This document shows, piece by piece, positions 10,327 to 19,713 of a DNA stretch of 64,000 bases; positions within the stretch are counted from its first letter, which is position 1, and each line of letters starts with the position of its first letter. A program made the translations under genes and the position numbers. Source of the stretch: an uncultured Methanosarcinales archaeon (GTDB lineage: Archaea; Nanobdellota; Nanobdellia; Woesearchaeales; CALCXY01); the NCBI GenBank assembly GCA_964385185.1, contig CAYLOA010000004.1, forward strand, positions 482-64,481, given 5' to 3'. The notes beneath the pieces were generated by a model. It worked only from the letters and a program-made list of their open reading frames with translations, ran no database searches and had not been told where the DNA came from.

Positions 10327-11220
10327 ATGCAAAAAGGGAAGACGAGTGTGCACAAGTTGAATCTTATTGCTAATTCTATTCGTCAAGAAATAATTAAATC
10401 TTTACTAAGTGCAAAGAGTGGACATAGTGCTGGGCCATTGGGTATGACAGATGTGTATACAGCATTGTATTTTTCTGTGATGAAAACATTTCCAGGAGAT
10501 CCTTGGAGTGATAAAAGAGATAGAATGATTATTAGTAATGGACATATTTGTCCTGTGTTGTATGCAACTCTTGCTGTTCGAGGTTATTTTCCGGTGAATG
10601 AGTTGAAGACTTTAAGACATCTTGGAAGTAGGTTGCAAGGACATCCTCATAAACATGGAGCACCTGGTATAGAGAATCCTGCTGGGCCTTTAGGACAAGG
10701 GATTAGTATGGCCTGTGGTGCTGCACTTTCTGCTAAGATGGACGGAAAGAAGCATACTGTGTATGTTAGCATGGGCGATGGAGAGATTAATGAAGGACAA
10801 GCTTGGGAAGCATTTCTTTTTGCTGCTAAATATAAATTGGATAATCTGGTTGGTTTTTTAGACAGAAATTATATTCAGATTGATGGAGATACTAGAGATG
10901 TTATGCCTCTTGATCCTTTAGATAAGAAATTTGAGAGTTTTGGATGGCATGTTATTGAGATTGATGCGAATGATATGGAAGAAGTTTTGGATGCTTTTGC
11001 TGAAGCTGCCAAGATTAAAGGAAAGCCGACTCTGATTATGTGTAATACTGTTCCAGGAAAAGGAGTGAGTTTTATGGAAGGAGACTATCATTGGCATGGT
11101 ATGCCCCCTGATGAAGAGCAAGCTAAAAAGGCGCTTGACGAGCTGGGTAGAGAGCAGAAGAAGTTGGAGAATGTTCAATGCAAAGGTTGTGGAAAACAAG
11201 TGAAAGGGTGTGAGTGCTGA
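10327..11220 (+). CDS. Transketolase, N-terminal subunit (TPP-binding)
   Basis: GHSAGPLGMTDVYTALYF, GHPH, GPLGQGIS, GDGEINEGQAWEA. Odd Cys-rich C-terminal tail CKGCGKQVKGCEC. Confidence 0.85.
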   Translation: MQKGKTSVHKLNLIANSIRQEIIKSLLSAKSGHSAGPLGMTDVYTALYFSVMKTFPGDPWSDKRDRMIISNGHICPVLYATLAVRGYFPVNELKTLRHLGSRLQGHPHKHGAPGIENPAGPLGQGISMACGAALSAKMDGKKHTVYVSMGDGEINEGQAWEAFLFAAKYKLDNLVGFLDRNYIQIDGDTRDVMPLDPLDKKFESFGWHVIEIDANDMEEVLDAFAEAAKIKGKPTLIMCNTVPGKGVSFMEGDYHWHGMPPDEEQAKKALDELGREQKKLENVQCKGCGKQVKGCEC

Positions 11221-12182
11221 TGCATTTAATTAAAGATTTGTCTAAGGCTGAAAATGTTCCTACAAGGGATGGAATGGGAAAGGGTCTCGTTGAATTGGGG
11301 AAGACAAACAAAAATGTGGTAGCTCTTTGTTGTGATTTAACTGATAGCACACGGATTGGATGGTTTAAAGAGAAGTTCCCAAAAAGGTATGTTCAAGTTG
11401 GAGTACAAGAACAAAATATGATGGGAATTGGGGCAGGAATGGCTCTTGAAGGTAAAATTCCTTTTGTTTCTTCTTATGCAGTCTTTAGTCCTGGTCGTAA
11501 TTGGGATCAGTTACGTGTGAGTGTATGTTATGGTGATGCTAATGTGAAGATTATTGGAGCTCATGCTGGTATTTCAGTAGGTCCTGATGGAGCTACGCAT
11601 CAAGCTTTAGAAGATATTGCTATTACTCGTGTTTTACCAAATTTGACGGTGTTGGTTCCTGCTGATAGTTCTCAGGCGTTTAAGGCAACACTTGCTTCTG
11701 TAGATATTAGTGGACCTGTCTATCTTAGAATTGGTCGTGATAAATTTCCTAATTTTACAACTGACAAGACTCCTTTTACTGTTGGGAAGGCTGATATTTA
11801 TAGAGATGGGAAAGATGTTGCTATTGTTGCTTGTGGTGTAATGGTGTATGAAGCACTTTTGGCTGCTGAAGAGTTGGAGAAGAAAGGGATTAGCGCCATG
11901 GTGGTTAATAATCATACGATTAAGCCTATTGATGAGAAAACATTGGTTGAGGTAGCTAAGAAAACTGGAGCTATAGTTACCGCTGAAGAACATCAGGTGC
12001 AAGGTGGTATGGGAAGTGCTGTTGCTGAAGCTGTTGCTAATGGGTGTCCTGTTCCTATGGAGTTTGTTGGAGTGCAGAATACTTTTGGTGAATCAGGTGG
12101 GGCTGTTGAGCTTATGGAGAAGTATGGCTTACAGGCCGTTGATATTATTGCAGCTGTAGAGAAGGTTCTAAAGAGGAAATGA
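11214..12182 (+). CDS. Transketolase, C-terminal subunit
   Basis: Pyrimidine-binding and C-terminal domain pattern, adjacent to the N-terminal subunit. Confidence 0.85.
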   Translation: MLMHLIKDLSKAENVPTRDGMGKGLVELGKTNKNVVALCCDLTDSTRIGWFKEKFPKRYVQVGVQEQNMMGIGAGMALEGKIPFVSSYAVFSPGRNWDQLRVSVCYGDANVKIIGAHAGISVGPDGATHQALEDIAITRVLPNLTVLVPADSSQAFKATLASVDISGPVYLRIGRDKFPNFTTDKTPFTVGKADIYRDGKDVAIVACGVMVYEALLAAEELEKKGISAMVVNNHTIKPIDEKTLVEVAKKTGAIVTAEEHQVQGGMGSAVAEAVANGCPVPMEFVGVQNTFGESGGAVELMEKYGLQAVDIIAAVEKVLKRK

Positions 12183-12817
12183 TTAAAGCAATTGGTTTTG
12201 ATTTTGATGGAACTTTAATTGTTAGTGAGAAAGAGAAAGAAAAAGTTATGGTTGCAACTTTTTCTGATGTGTTTGGTGTTTCTAAAGGTGTTAAGAAATG
12301 TTATATTAGTTTGCGTGGTGTGAGTCGTGATGATAAATTTAGGAAGATGGTTCCTAAGTTGATTGGTCGTAAGGTTTCTGTTTTGGAGTTGAAGAAATTA
12401 CATTCTTCTTTTAGTAAACATTATTTTAATGCCATGAAGAGTTGTCCTTTGATGGGATGTGTTTCTGATTTGAAGAAATTAAAACGGAAAATGAAGTTTA
12501 TGTTTATTGTTTCCATAGAGAAACAGACTGATGTTAAGAAGTTGGCAAAACATTGTGGGATTTCTGGTTATTTTGATGAAATATTAGGAGGTCCTATTTC
12601 TAAATTTGATAATATTAAACATGTTTTGAAGAAGCATCATGTTGATGCTAGTGAGTTAATGTATGTAGGAGATAGTCCTAATGATATTTTGGTGAGTAAG
12701 CAACATAAAGTTAAGAGTGTAGGTTTAGCTAAGGAGAAGAAAAAAAGAAATTATCTAAAGAAAATAGGTGCTCACGTTACTGTTAAGGATCTTTGTAGGG
12801 TTGGTGAGTTGGTTTAG
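12179..12817 (+). CDS. HAD-superfamily hydrolase
   Basis: N-terminal DxDGT motif (GFDFDGTLI); C-terminal GDSPND. Confidence 0.6.
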   Translation: MIKAIGFDFDGTLIVSEKEKEKVMVATFSDVFGVSKGVKKCYISLRGVSRDDKFRKMVPKLIGRKVSVLELKKLHSSFSKHYFNAMKSCPLMGCVSDLKKLKRKMKFMFIVSIEKQTDVKKLAKHCGISGYFDEILGGPISKFDNIKHVLKKHHVDASELMYVGDSPNDILVSKQHKVKSVGLAKEKKKRNYLKKIGAHVTVKDLCRVGELV

Positions 12818-13926
12818 GCTGCAAGTTTATTGACTATTGTATGTAATCCATGAACTACTCTTTCATCTCTAAGTCTTTGATCAGGATTAAATTCATTTTC
12901 TAAAAGCTGTTGTACTCCTTCAATATATCTGACTGCAATATCTCTTCTTTGCTCATCTGTGTACCCTTTATCTCCTTCAGAAAATCCTCTTGCAAATTCT
13001 TTTGAAAATGATCGTGGATTCAAGAACTCAATTTCTCCAGCCTCTAATTTTCTCATCTGTTCTAAATAATCTTCTTTTAACCAAAATCTAGAAGAATCCA
13101 TTGTCCAGATTTCATCGATTACTGCAATTGTTCCATCTTGTTTTCTTCCATGTTCTGTTTTTGTATCTACAGCAATGAGACCTTTACGATCAAGGGCATG
13201 TGATATTGCACCAAAAGCGGCAATACCTGCGTTTCTTATTTGATTGTATTCGGCAGGAGTGCAAATATGTTGGTCAAATAGTTGTTGAGGAGAGACAGAT
13301 TTATCATGTTCATCTGATTTCGTAGATGGGGTGTCCATTATATAGGGTAATGGTCCATTCGTAATTAAATTCTTTGGAAGGATATGTCCACAAAATTCTC
13401 TTTTTCCATCCATAAATGCTACGTATAATGATGTCTTAGTTGAGCTCTTTGCCATGTAGGCTCTCATTACATTTTCTACCGGAATTATCTCTGTATTTTC
13501 TGCTGCAATTACAACACTATTATCTGGTAATCCTACATCAAATTGAGAGTTTCCAAAATAAGGTTCTAGGATTTTTCGGTGAGTAGCATGATTTAGCGCT
13601 AATAATTGATCTTTGTATGGAATTTCACCCCTATTCATATCATGGGTAGAAATCTTTTCTGTCCTTACCATAATTCTAATGGGAATACCTGATGCAGTAT
13701 CTAAAGGTGGATTTTCCCATTCAACTTCTTCACCTGATGCTTTATCTGTATACGTAAATTTACCACCAAAAATAGAATCTGAGACTTTTCCTGGTTTTAC
13801 TTTGTATCCATTTAATCGAGGGACTGCATTTGAATCTAAAATCTCTTGGGTTGTACCTGGCCTCCCTTCAGATGCCATATAATTTTCTACTATTTCAAGA
13901 GCTTGTTGTTTGTCTAGGAAATCCAT
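12814..13926 (-). CDS. purC: SAICAR synthetase (PurC)-family protein, long form
   Basis: GKVSDSIF (compare GKVRDIY), MVRTEKISTHD (compare TDRISAFD), AVDTKTEHG (compare DTKFEFG). Confidence 0.6.
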   Translation of the reverse strand: MDFLDKQQALEIVENYMASEGRPGTTQEILDSNAVPRLNGYKVKPGKVSDSIFGGKFTYTDKASGEEVEWENPPLDTASGIPIRIMVRTEKISTHDMNRGEIPYKDQLLALNHATHRKILEPYFGNSQFDVGLPDNSVVIAAENTEIIPVENVMRAYMAKSSTKTSLYVAFMDGKREFCGHILPKNLITNGPLPYIMDTPSTKSDEHDKSVSPQQLFDQHICTPAEYNQIRNAGIAAFGAISHALDRKGLIAVDTKTEHGRKQDGTIAVIDEIWTMDSSRFWLKEDYLEQMRKLEAGEIEFLNPRSFSKEFARGFSEGDKGYTDEQRRDIAVRYIEGVQQLLENEFNPDQRLRDERVVHGLHTIVNKLAA

Positions 13927-13929
13927 TTG

Positions 13930-14844
13930 TTACCACCTCTGGTCTTTGGCTTTATGTACTTCTTCAATTATGTTTATCATTCCAGTTATTCTTTGTGTTT
14001 CATCTGGGGGATTGTGAAGAGATCTTCTTTCATGAGCATTTATGTTATTGTAGGTATCTCTTTTCTTTGGTCCTAGTTCTTGAACCTTTTTTCTAATATC
14101 AGGATTGTATTGTCCCATGATCTTTGCGGCAAAGATAGCCATGTTTTCAGAGCCTCTTACTTGGAGGTTTGGGATTGTCTGATATACCGGATCATGATGT
14201 CTTCCTTCCGCTCTTGCTAGGTAAGCCCAATCATTCATATCTTCATCAAAATCTGTTCTAATACACAAACCATTGCTCTCGATTAATCTATGGTTAAATT
14301 GGGAAGTGAGTTTAACAGACAGTTCTTTATCTTCTTGTGGAACAATTCCAAGATTTTGCAGCTTATTTTCACATTTTTTATCTTCACCATACATAGATAC
14401 TCCTGTAGGATCATATAATATACAGGCAGCTGCTCTAAAAGCTCGGTTTCTTTGAGTATATTCTCCTTCTCTTTCAACACCGACTGTAGCAATAGCCGCA
14501 TGACCGGAAGGTACCATAAAAGCCTGATAGGCTACAAGGTCTGTAGGTACCGAGATAATGGGGATTGTAGTTTGTGTAGCTTGTAGGCTTGGCAAGGCAA
14601 AATAGAGACCTCCTTGGAGGATTGATACTACTTGTTTGCCTTCATCAACTAATTGTTCTAATTGTTGTGAATATCCATCCATAATATCTGGACAGCCGTG
14701 ACATGATTCTATAACTTGTTCTACAACATAGACTCCTATACTTTTAAAATAATCCCGATAATCTTGTCCATTAACTTTCGTACCCTCAAAACCAGGATCT
14801 TTTTCAGAAGCAGATGCTAAAAATAAAACTTTATTCATACTCAT
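13930..14844 (-). CDS. purE: PurE (AIR carboxylase/mutase) domain protein with ~150-aa unknown C-terminal extension
   Basis: SCHGCPDIMDGY (compare SAHRTPDRMFEY) and TTIPIISVP...MVPSGHAAIATVGV (compare PVIGVP...QMPAGVPVATV). Confidence 0.6.
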   Translation of the reverse strand: MSMNKVLFLASASEKDPGFEGTKVNGQDYRDYFKSIGVYVVEQVIESCHGCPDIMDGYSQQLEQLVDEGKQVVSILQGGLYFALPSLQATQTTIPIISVPTDLVAYQAFMVPSGHAAIATVGVEREGEYTQRNRAFRAAACILYDPTGVSMYGEDKKCENKLQNLGIVPQEDKELSVKLTSQFNHRLIESNGLCIRTDFDEDMNDWAYLARAEGRHHDPVYQTIPNLQVRGSENMAIFAAKIMGQYNPDIRKKVQELGPKKRDTYNNINAHERRSLHNPPDETQRITGMINIIEEVHKAKDQRW

Positions 14845-14914
14845 TATTTTATTGATGAACTAATGGTATATATGTATTTCTATGATAGAATATGTTATAT
14901 AAGAAATTAGTATT

Positions 14915-15661
14915 TTACTCGTTCTCGACTCTAGGAGCCAAAATGAAAGCTAATTGTACTCTGTCTACTACGGTAAACTCCATCTTTAGAGGATAGTCTT
15001 TGTTGAATGAGATATTTGCCGTTTCTGATAACTTAGAACCACCCACCATTTTTTTTAAGTATTCAATAGAGTATTTTGATTTAATCGTTTCTGTTGCTGA
15101 AACATCTATTTTAATGTCATTGGATTCATTTACTTCAATCTTAGCTTTGCTTAAATCTCCTTCAGCTGCAATGGTTATTTTTCCTTTTTCTGCTGAAAAG
15201 GATACTGATTCTGCTACAATATCTACATCGTCTACTGCATCTGAAAGAACTACACAAGGTAGTTCTGCTTTAGCATCAAAGTTTAATTCTGGGATTTTTT
15301 GTTCTTTATCTTCTAAATCTATGATTGGGATAGCAAATGTTCTTGTGGAAGGACCTTTCAGTTGAATTTGTAGCTTATTTTCATCTGTAATTTCCATAGT
15401 TAGGATATCATTTGGACCAGCTCTTCTGAGAATTTGTTTTAAGTTTGATAGATTTATACCAATGGTTACTTCTTCTGGGACGTCATATTCGGTAAATGCT
15501 GAAGATAAGAGTTTGTAGATAACCATGGCAACATTCGCTGGATCCATGGCAATCATTTCAATAGCATCTTTAGAAACTTTGAAACGAGCTTCATTTACTA
15601 ATTCTGAGATGATATTGACTGACTCTTTCAGGTATTTTGGTTCAGCTAGAGCTAGTTTCAT
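14915..15661 (-). CDS. pcn: PCNA sliding clamp
   Basis: 248 aa with typical archaeal PCNA organisation and sequence pattern. Confidence 0.85.
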   Translation of the reverse strand: MKLALAEPKYLKESVNIISELVNEARFKVSKDAIEMIAMDPANVAMVIYKLLSSAFTEYDVPEEVTIGINLSNLKQILRRAGPNDILTMEITDENKLQIQLKGPSTRTFAIPIIDLEDKEQKIPELNFDAKAELPCVVLSDAVDDVDIVAESVSFSAEKGKITIAAEGDLSKAKIEVNESNDIKIDVSATETIKSKYSIEYLKKMVGGSKLSETANISFNKDYPLKMEFTVVDRVQLAFILAPRVENE

Positions 15662-15744
15662 ATGTTATGGGTGCTTTAAGATGTTTAAATAGATTTTGAT
15701 GGTACAGAATATAGATTGATTGTCGAAATTTTAAAGTAGGAATT

Positions 15745-15797
15745 GGCATGCACAGCATGCCCACTCTCGCAGCACAACATTATAGAAGTGCTGCGAG
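15745..15797. other. Two GC-rich perfect hairpins in the PCNA/RNase J intergenic region
   Basis: GGCATGC-ACA-GCATGCC (15745-15761) and CTCGCAGCAC-N12-GTGCTGCGAG (15766-15797), GC-rich inside AT-rich DNA. Confidence 0.4.
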
Positions 15798-15828
15798 GTT
15801 ATTTACTTCGTATACCTGTTCCGAAAAG

Positions 15829-17208
15829 CTATTTTAAAGTAATTCTTTGATTATTTACTAGCATTTTCACTTGGTTGGGTTTGTATCCCATTTCTAATGC
15901 AAGAGATTTCATCCCTTCTTCCATGTGTTTTTCTCCATGTGAAGGGATAATATACTTAGGTTTGGTCATCTGGAGCAGGTCTCGTAAATCCTCTCTTCCA
16001 GCGTGGCCAGAAATATGGATTTTTTCAAATATTCTAATTCTTTGTGTTTTTAATTTCTTAATTAATTTTGCATAATTTTGAATGTTTTCTTGAGTAGGGA
16101 TAACTTTTGAAGCAAATATTAATTGATCTTGAGGTAGGAATTTGAATTTCAGATCTCCGTAGGCTATTTTAGATAAAGTAGCTTTTGCTTCTGCTTGATG
16201 ACCGGTTATGACCAAGATATATTTTTTTCTATCTTTGGGTGCTATTTTTTTAAGCCTTTTTTGAATTTTAGAAGAATATTTTACTAATTCAATATCTTTT
16301 GTAAAATTAACTATATTTGCATTCTCAGCAGCGTAGACATATTTGGACATGGATCTTCCTAAAAATAGTATTTTTCTGTTTAATTTTTTCCCACATTCAA
16401 TAATAGATTTAAGTCTCGCAATGTGTGAGGAGAATGTTGTAACCACGATCAAATTATTTTTATTATCGGTGTTGTACATGACTTCTCTTAACATATCTCT
16501 CGCCATAGCTTCAGATGGCATTTTAATATGTTCGTTTGCATAGAGACATTCAGAAATTACTGCTAATACTTTTCCATTCCCAATTTCTTTTAATCTGTTA
16601 ATGTTTGGTTTTTGACCTAAAGTAGGAGTGTAATCAAATTTAAAATCATTAGCGTAGATAATAGTTCCATACTTGGTATGAATAGCAATCATTACTGATT
16701 GAGGAGTTGAGTGTGTGATGTTTATGAATTCAACTTCAATATTTTTTGATAATCTAATTTTAGCATTTGGATTTACTTTTTGGAGTCTATTTGGAATTTG
16801 AATTTTTTCATTTTGAAGGTTTGCTTTAAGTAATTCTATTGTGAATGGTGTGGCTATAACTGGGCAATCATAGTTTTTTGCTAAGAAAGGGATTGCTGCA
16901 ACGTGATCTAGGTGTGCATGCGTTGGCATGATTGCTAGCACATTATCTTTCCAATCATCAATTGTAGCATCATCTGGTATTGCTTCTGCTTCATGTAATT
17001 GTTTGATAGAAATATCTTGAAGATCTTCATGATCAGTTAAGTGAATGTAGTTTGAAACATGGATTCCCATATCACAGATAACCACTTCATCATCTACTCT
17101 GATGGCAGTCATATTTCTACCGACTTCTCCATATCCCCCTACTGGATGTATTTGTACTGGCATGTTGGTTATATTAGCGAGATTGTTTATTAATGTATTG
17201 CTCCTCAA
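15829..17208 (-). CDS. beta-CASP metallo-beta-lactamase ribonuclease (archaeal RNase J-like)
   Basis: HAHLDH motif, about 450 aa, beta-CASP architecture. Confidence 0.75.
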   Translation of the reverse strand: MRSNTLINNLANITNMPVQIHPVGGYGEVGRNMTAIRVDDEVVICDMGIHVSNYIHLTDHEDLQDISIKQLHEAEAIPDDATIDDWKDNVLAIMPTHAHLDHVAAIPFLAKNYDCPVIATPFTIELLKANLQNEKIQIPNRLQKVNPNAKIRLSKNIEVEFINITHSTPQSVMIAIHTKYGTIIYANDFKFDYTPTLGQKPNINRLKEIGNGKVLAVISECLYANEHIKMPSEAMARDMLREVMYNTDNKNNLIVVTTFSSHIARLKSIIECGKKLNRKILFLGRSMSKYVYAAENANIVNFTKDIELVKYSSKIQKRLKKIAPKDRKKYILVITGHQAEAKATLSKIAYGDLKFKFLPQDQLIFASKVIPTQENIQNYAKLIKKLKTQRIRIFEKIHISGHAGREDLRDLLQMTKPKYIIPSHGEKHMEEGMKSLALEMGYKPNQVKMLVNNQRITLK

Positions 17209-17245
17209 AAGTTTTATAAACGTTACCGTACTCTTGTATTACAAT

Positions 17246-17410
17246 GCGGGGATGCCGGAGTGGCCAAACGGGGCAGTTTTCTGGCGCCTAGGTACTAGAA
17301 AGTCCATACTCAAATAATTGAGTGATGAGATCTTTACAAAAGATCAATGATTAACTCGTGAGCCATCTGTTGGCTTAGTGCCTACCAGGGTTCGAATCCC
17401 TTTCCCCGCA
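17246..17410 (+). tRNA. Class-II (long variable arm; Leu or Ser type) tRNA with ~80-nt intron; anticodon not resolved by eye
   Basis: Acceptor GCGGGGA/TCCCCGC, T arm AGGG-TTCGAAT-CCCT. The 5' half is near-identical to tRNA-Leu at 31407, and it carries the same variable arm GGCTTAGTGCC. The intron holds two perfect hairpins and a GTGATGA C-box-like word. Confidence 0.65.
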
Positions 17411-17433
17411 TTTATTTTAAACAAGGTGATACA

Positions 17434-17670
17434 ATGAAAACTATGACATGTATGGAATTAGGTGGGGCTTGCGATAAAGAGTTTCATGCTGAAACATTTG
17501 ATGAAATGGCTCAGCAGAGCAAAGAACATGGTATGGAGATAAATCAACAGCAAGATCCTGATCATTTAGCTGCTATGAAAGAGATGGGAAAGCTTATGCA
17601 AGATCCTGATGCTATGAGAGAATGGATGGCTAGTAAGAGAAAAGCATTTGACGAATTACCTGAGAATTAA
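17434..17670 (+). CDS. DUF1059-family small metal-binding protein
   Basis: MKTMTCMELGGACDKEF (compare DUF1059 CxxLGxxCD). Confidence 0.55.
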   Translation: MKTMTCMELGGACDKEFHAETFDEMAQQSKEHGMEINQQQDPDHLAAMKEMGKLMQDPDAMREWMASKRKAFDELPEN

Positions 17671-17686
17671 TTTTATTTTTTATTAA

Positions 17687-18079
17687 TTACAGTGTCCCAA
17701 TTTTCTTATCTATAGAAGCAAGTTCTTTCTCTAATTTATCTAATTCAGATAAGTTATCATGTCTAATATGGGTAGCTTCAGATTTAATTGCTGATTTTGA
17801 TCTGCTTACTGCAGCTTTTAGATTCGTTTTAGGAACTACTTCTAATAATTGGGCAGCTAACATTTTAATCTCTTTATTTTTATTATGAAGATCCATAGTA
17901 AGTTGAATTTTATGATTTCTTAACTCTATTATTTCTTCATATTTTTTTAGAGAAATGATTATATCTTTAGAAGTACCCAAAAGATCCCTTCTTAATTCAA
18001 GAGGGTTTCGCACTCCTACGAAGAATGATTCATCTGCCATTTTATTGATATTCAGGTTCAAACAACATTTTATCAACAC
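17687..18079 (-). CDS. Paralog C: same domain plus C-terminal coiled coil (likely start MADESFF at ~18040)
   Basis: FFVGVRNPLELRRDLLGTSKDIIISLKKYEE...QLLE, same spacing pattern as A and B. Confidence 0.5.
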   Translation of the reverse strand: MLIKCCLNLNINKMADESFFVGVRNPLELRRDLLGTSKDIIISLKKYEEIIELRNHKIQLTMDLHNKNKEIKMLAAQLLEVVPKTNLKAAVSRSKSAIKSEATHIRHDNLSELDKLEKELASIDKKIGTL

Positions 18080-18275
18080 TGTCTACTGTTCTTTCAATCT
18101 CTTCTATTTCATGCCGCCATACTCCTAGGGCATTCTCTTCTTCACTTTTGAGATCATTGATTTTATCTAGAATGATTTTGCTTTCACCAATCTTTGTTTT
18201 GATCATGGCAAGGATATCTAAAACATCTTTGTATTCATCTAGTTTTACAAAAATTGGCATTTCTCTTGCGTTCAT
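18042..18275 (-). CDS. Paralog B: stand-alone copy of the same ~70-aa domain
   Basis: FVKLDEYKDVLDILAMIKTKI...VDKMLFE. Start overlaps the stop of paralog A. Confidence 0.55.
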   Translation of the reverse strand: MNAREMPIFVKLDEYKDVLDILAMIKTKIGESKIILDKINDLKSEEENALGVWRHEIEEIERTVDSVDKMLFEPEYQ

Positions 18276-18958
18276 TATGCTTCACCCTTTGCTTCGTATA
18301 ATACTTTATCTACATAGATTAATCTTCTTTGAAGATCTTCTAGTTGTGCTCGGTATTTTTCAAATTCTTTATCTTCAAGATTCTTTAATTCATTTAATTT
18401 TCCTGCTAATTCGCCACATGCATTGAGATCATCTTTGATTACTTTTATGCCTCCTAACATTTGCTGGAATTCATCTACTTTTACATAGTGAGGAATATCG
18501 ACAATTGGCTTTGGAGCAGGTGGTTGTTCTGGTACTGGTGATTTAGGTCTTGGAGGTAATTTTATCTGAGGTGGAGCACTTGGATGGGGAATAGGTTTGT
18601 GATGTATGGGTGCATGATGTGGTTGAGCAGCTTTATGATGTATTACTGCTGGAGGTGGAGCTATAATTGGTCTTGGAGGAGTTGGAATTGGTTTTGGCAT
18701 TATTTTTGGTTCTTCCATAGGAGGCGGTGACATTTTAGGAATATGTGTATGAATTTCATTACTTTGACTAGGGCTGTGTGAAATAGGTGGAGGAGTTTTT
18801 GGAACTGGAGGTAACGGATGATTTATAGGAATAGGAGGAGTTCTTGTATGACTTGTAGGATTCAATTTAGGAAGATCGTGTGGAGATTTACTGAGTTGCT
18901 CAATAGGTGGCAACGGTGGTAGCTCCTTTTTTTTGCTTAAAAAACTAAATAATCCCAT
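18275..18958 (-). CDS. Paralog A: N-terminal amphipathic MGLFSFLSKKK, ~140-aa Pro/His-rich linker, C-terminal conserved ~70-aa helical domain
   Basis: C-terminal domain YVKVDEFQQMLGGIKVIKDDL...VDKVLYE is homologous to the two downstream ORFs. Confidence 0.55.
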   Translation of the reverse strand: MGLFSFLSKKKELPPLPPIEQLSKSPHDLPKLNPTSHTRTPPIPINHPLPPVPKTPPPISHSPSQSNEIHTHIPKMSPPPMEEPKIMPKPIPTPPRPIIAPPPAVIHHKAAQPHHAPIHHKPIPHPSAPPQIKLPPRPKSPVPEQPPAPKPIVDIPHYVKVDEFQQMLGGIKVIKDDLNACGELAGKLNELKNLEDKEFEKYRAQLEDLQRRLIYVDKVLYEAKGEA

Positions 18959-19056
18959 TATACACCCCCTTATAGTAGATAGAATATTTAGAATGGTCTT
19001 ATAAACTTTGTTGAGTATTGGGGAGGGGTGACAAATCTTGGATGTATATATTCTAG

Positions 19057-19674
19057 GTGGGAAAGATACTTAAAGCACCCTACTTTGAAATATTTATGGC
19101 AGAACCTTTGAGGCAAACTCATGTTCGTCAGCTTTCATGGCCTAGGAATCGAGCTGTTCTTTATTCAGGTATTAATTCAGAACTTTGTAATTTATTACAC
19201 CCTATATTGAAGGTAGAAGGAATCGACAGTTTTGCCGTGGAATCTGCAGATGACATCGTAACTAAGGACATAACTGCTGCAGCTTCAGAGTTGAGGGGAA
19301 AAAAATATGATCATTTGGCATTATTTGGATATGGGGTCAATGGATTTACTGCATTGGAGACAAGTTTTACTGCTTCTACTTTTTTTGGAGTAGTTATCAT
19401 AGATCCACAATATTCTCCTGATTCTCAGCTTATTCAAACATTTGAAAGGAAAGATCCAAAATTTACTCTTAATGCCCCTGTACTTATTATTCACACCAAT
19501 ACCGATCAATTGGAATATTCTAATCAAATTGCGAGTTTAATCCCGAGGGGTTCAGTAATAGAATCTGAAGCAATTTTACCTCATGTTACGAATTTTCTAA
19601 TTCCATTGGCACACAAGCCAGTTTATTACCCTCTTCAAGATAAATCAGGACCGTATCAGCAAAGACTATTTTAA
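19057..19674 (+). CDS. Hypothetical protein (205 aa)
   Basis: ORF track only. Confidence 0.4.
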   Translation: MGKILKAPYFEIFMAEPLRQTHVRQLSWPRNRAVLYSGINSELCNLLHPILKVEGIDSFAVESADDIVTKDITAAASELRGKKYDHLALFGYGVNGFTALETSFTASTFFGVVIIDPQYSPDSQLIQTFERKDPKFTLNAPVLIIHTNTDQLEYSNQIASLIPRGSVIESEAILPHVTNFLIPLAHKPVYYPLQDKSGPYQQRLF

Positions 19675-19713
19675 TCCTAAAACTTTATAAACTATCAATA
19701 GTTCCGTATTACT

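Noticed and set aside
17273-17370. Attempts to assign the anticodon of the intron-containing tRNA at 17246
   Set aside because: Every candidate 5-bp stem / 7-nt loop had a fatal flaw. Candidates were GCAGT/TCTGT with loop TTTCTGG, CAGTT/ATCTG with loop TTCTGGC, CTCAAAT, and others. The flaws were a non-U33, pyrimidine-37 or a non-class-II anticodon. Left unassigned rather than guessed.
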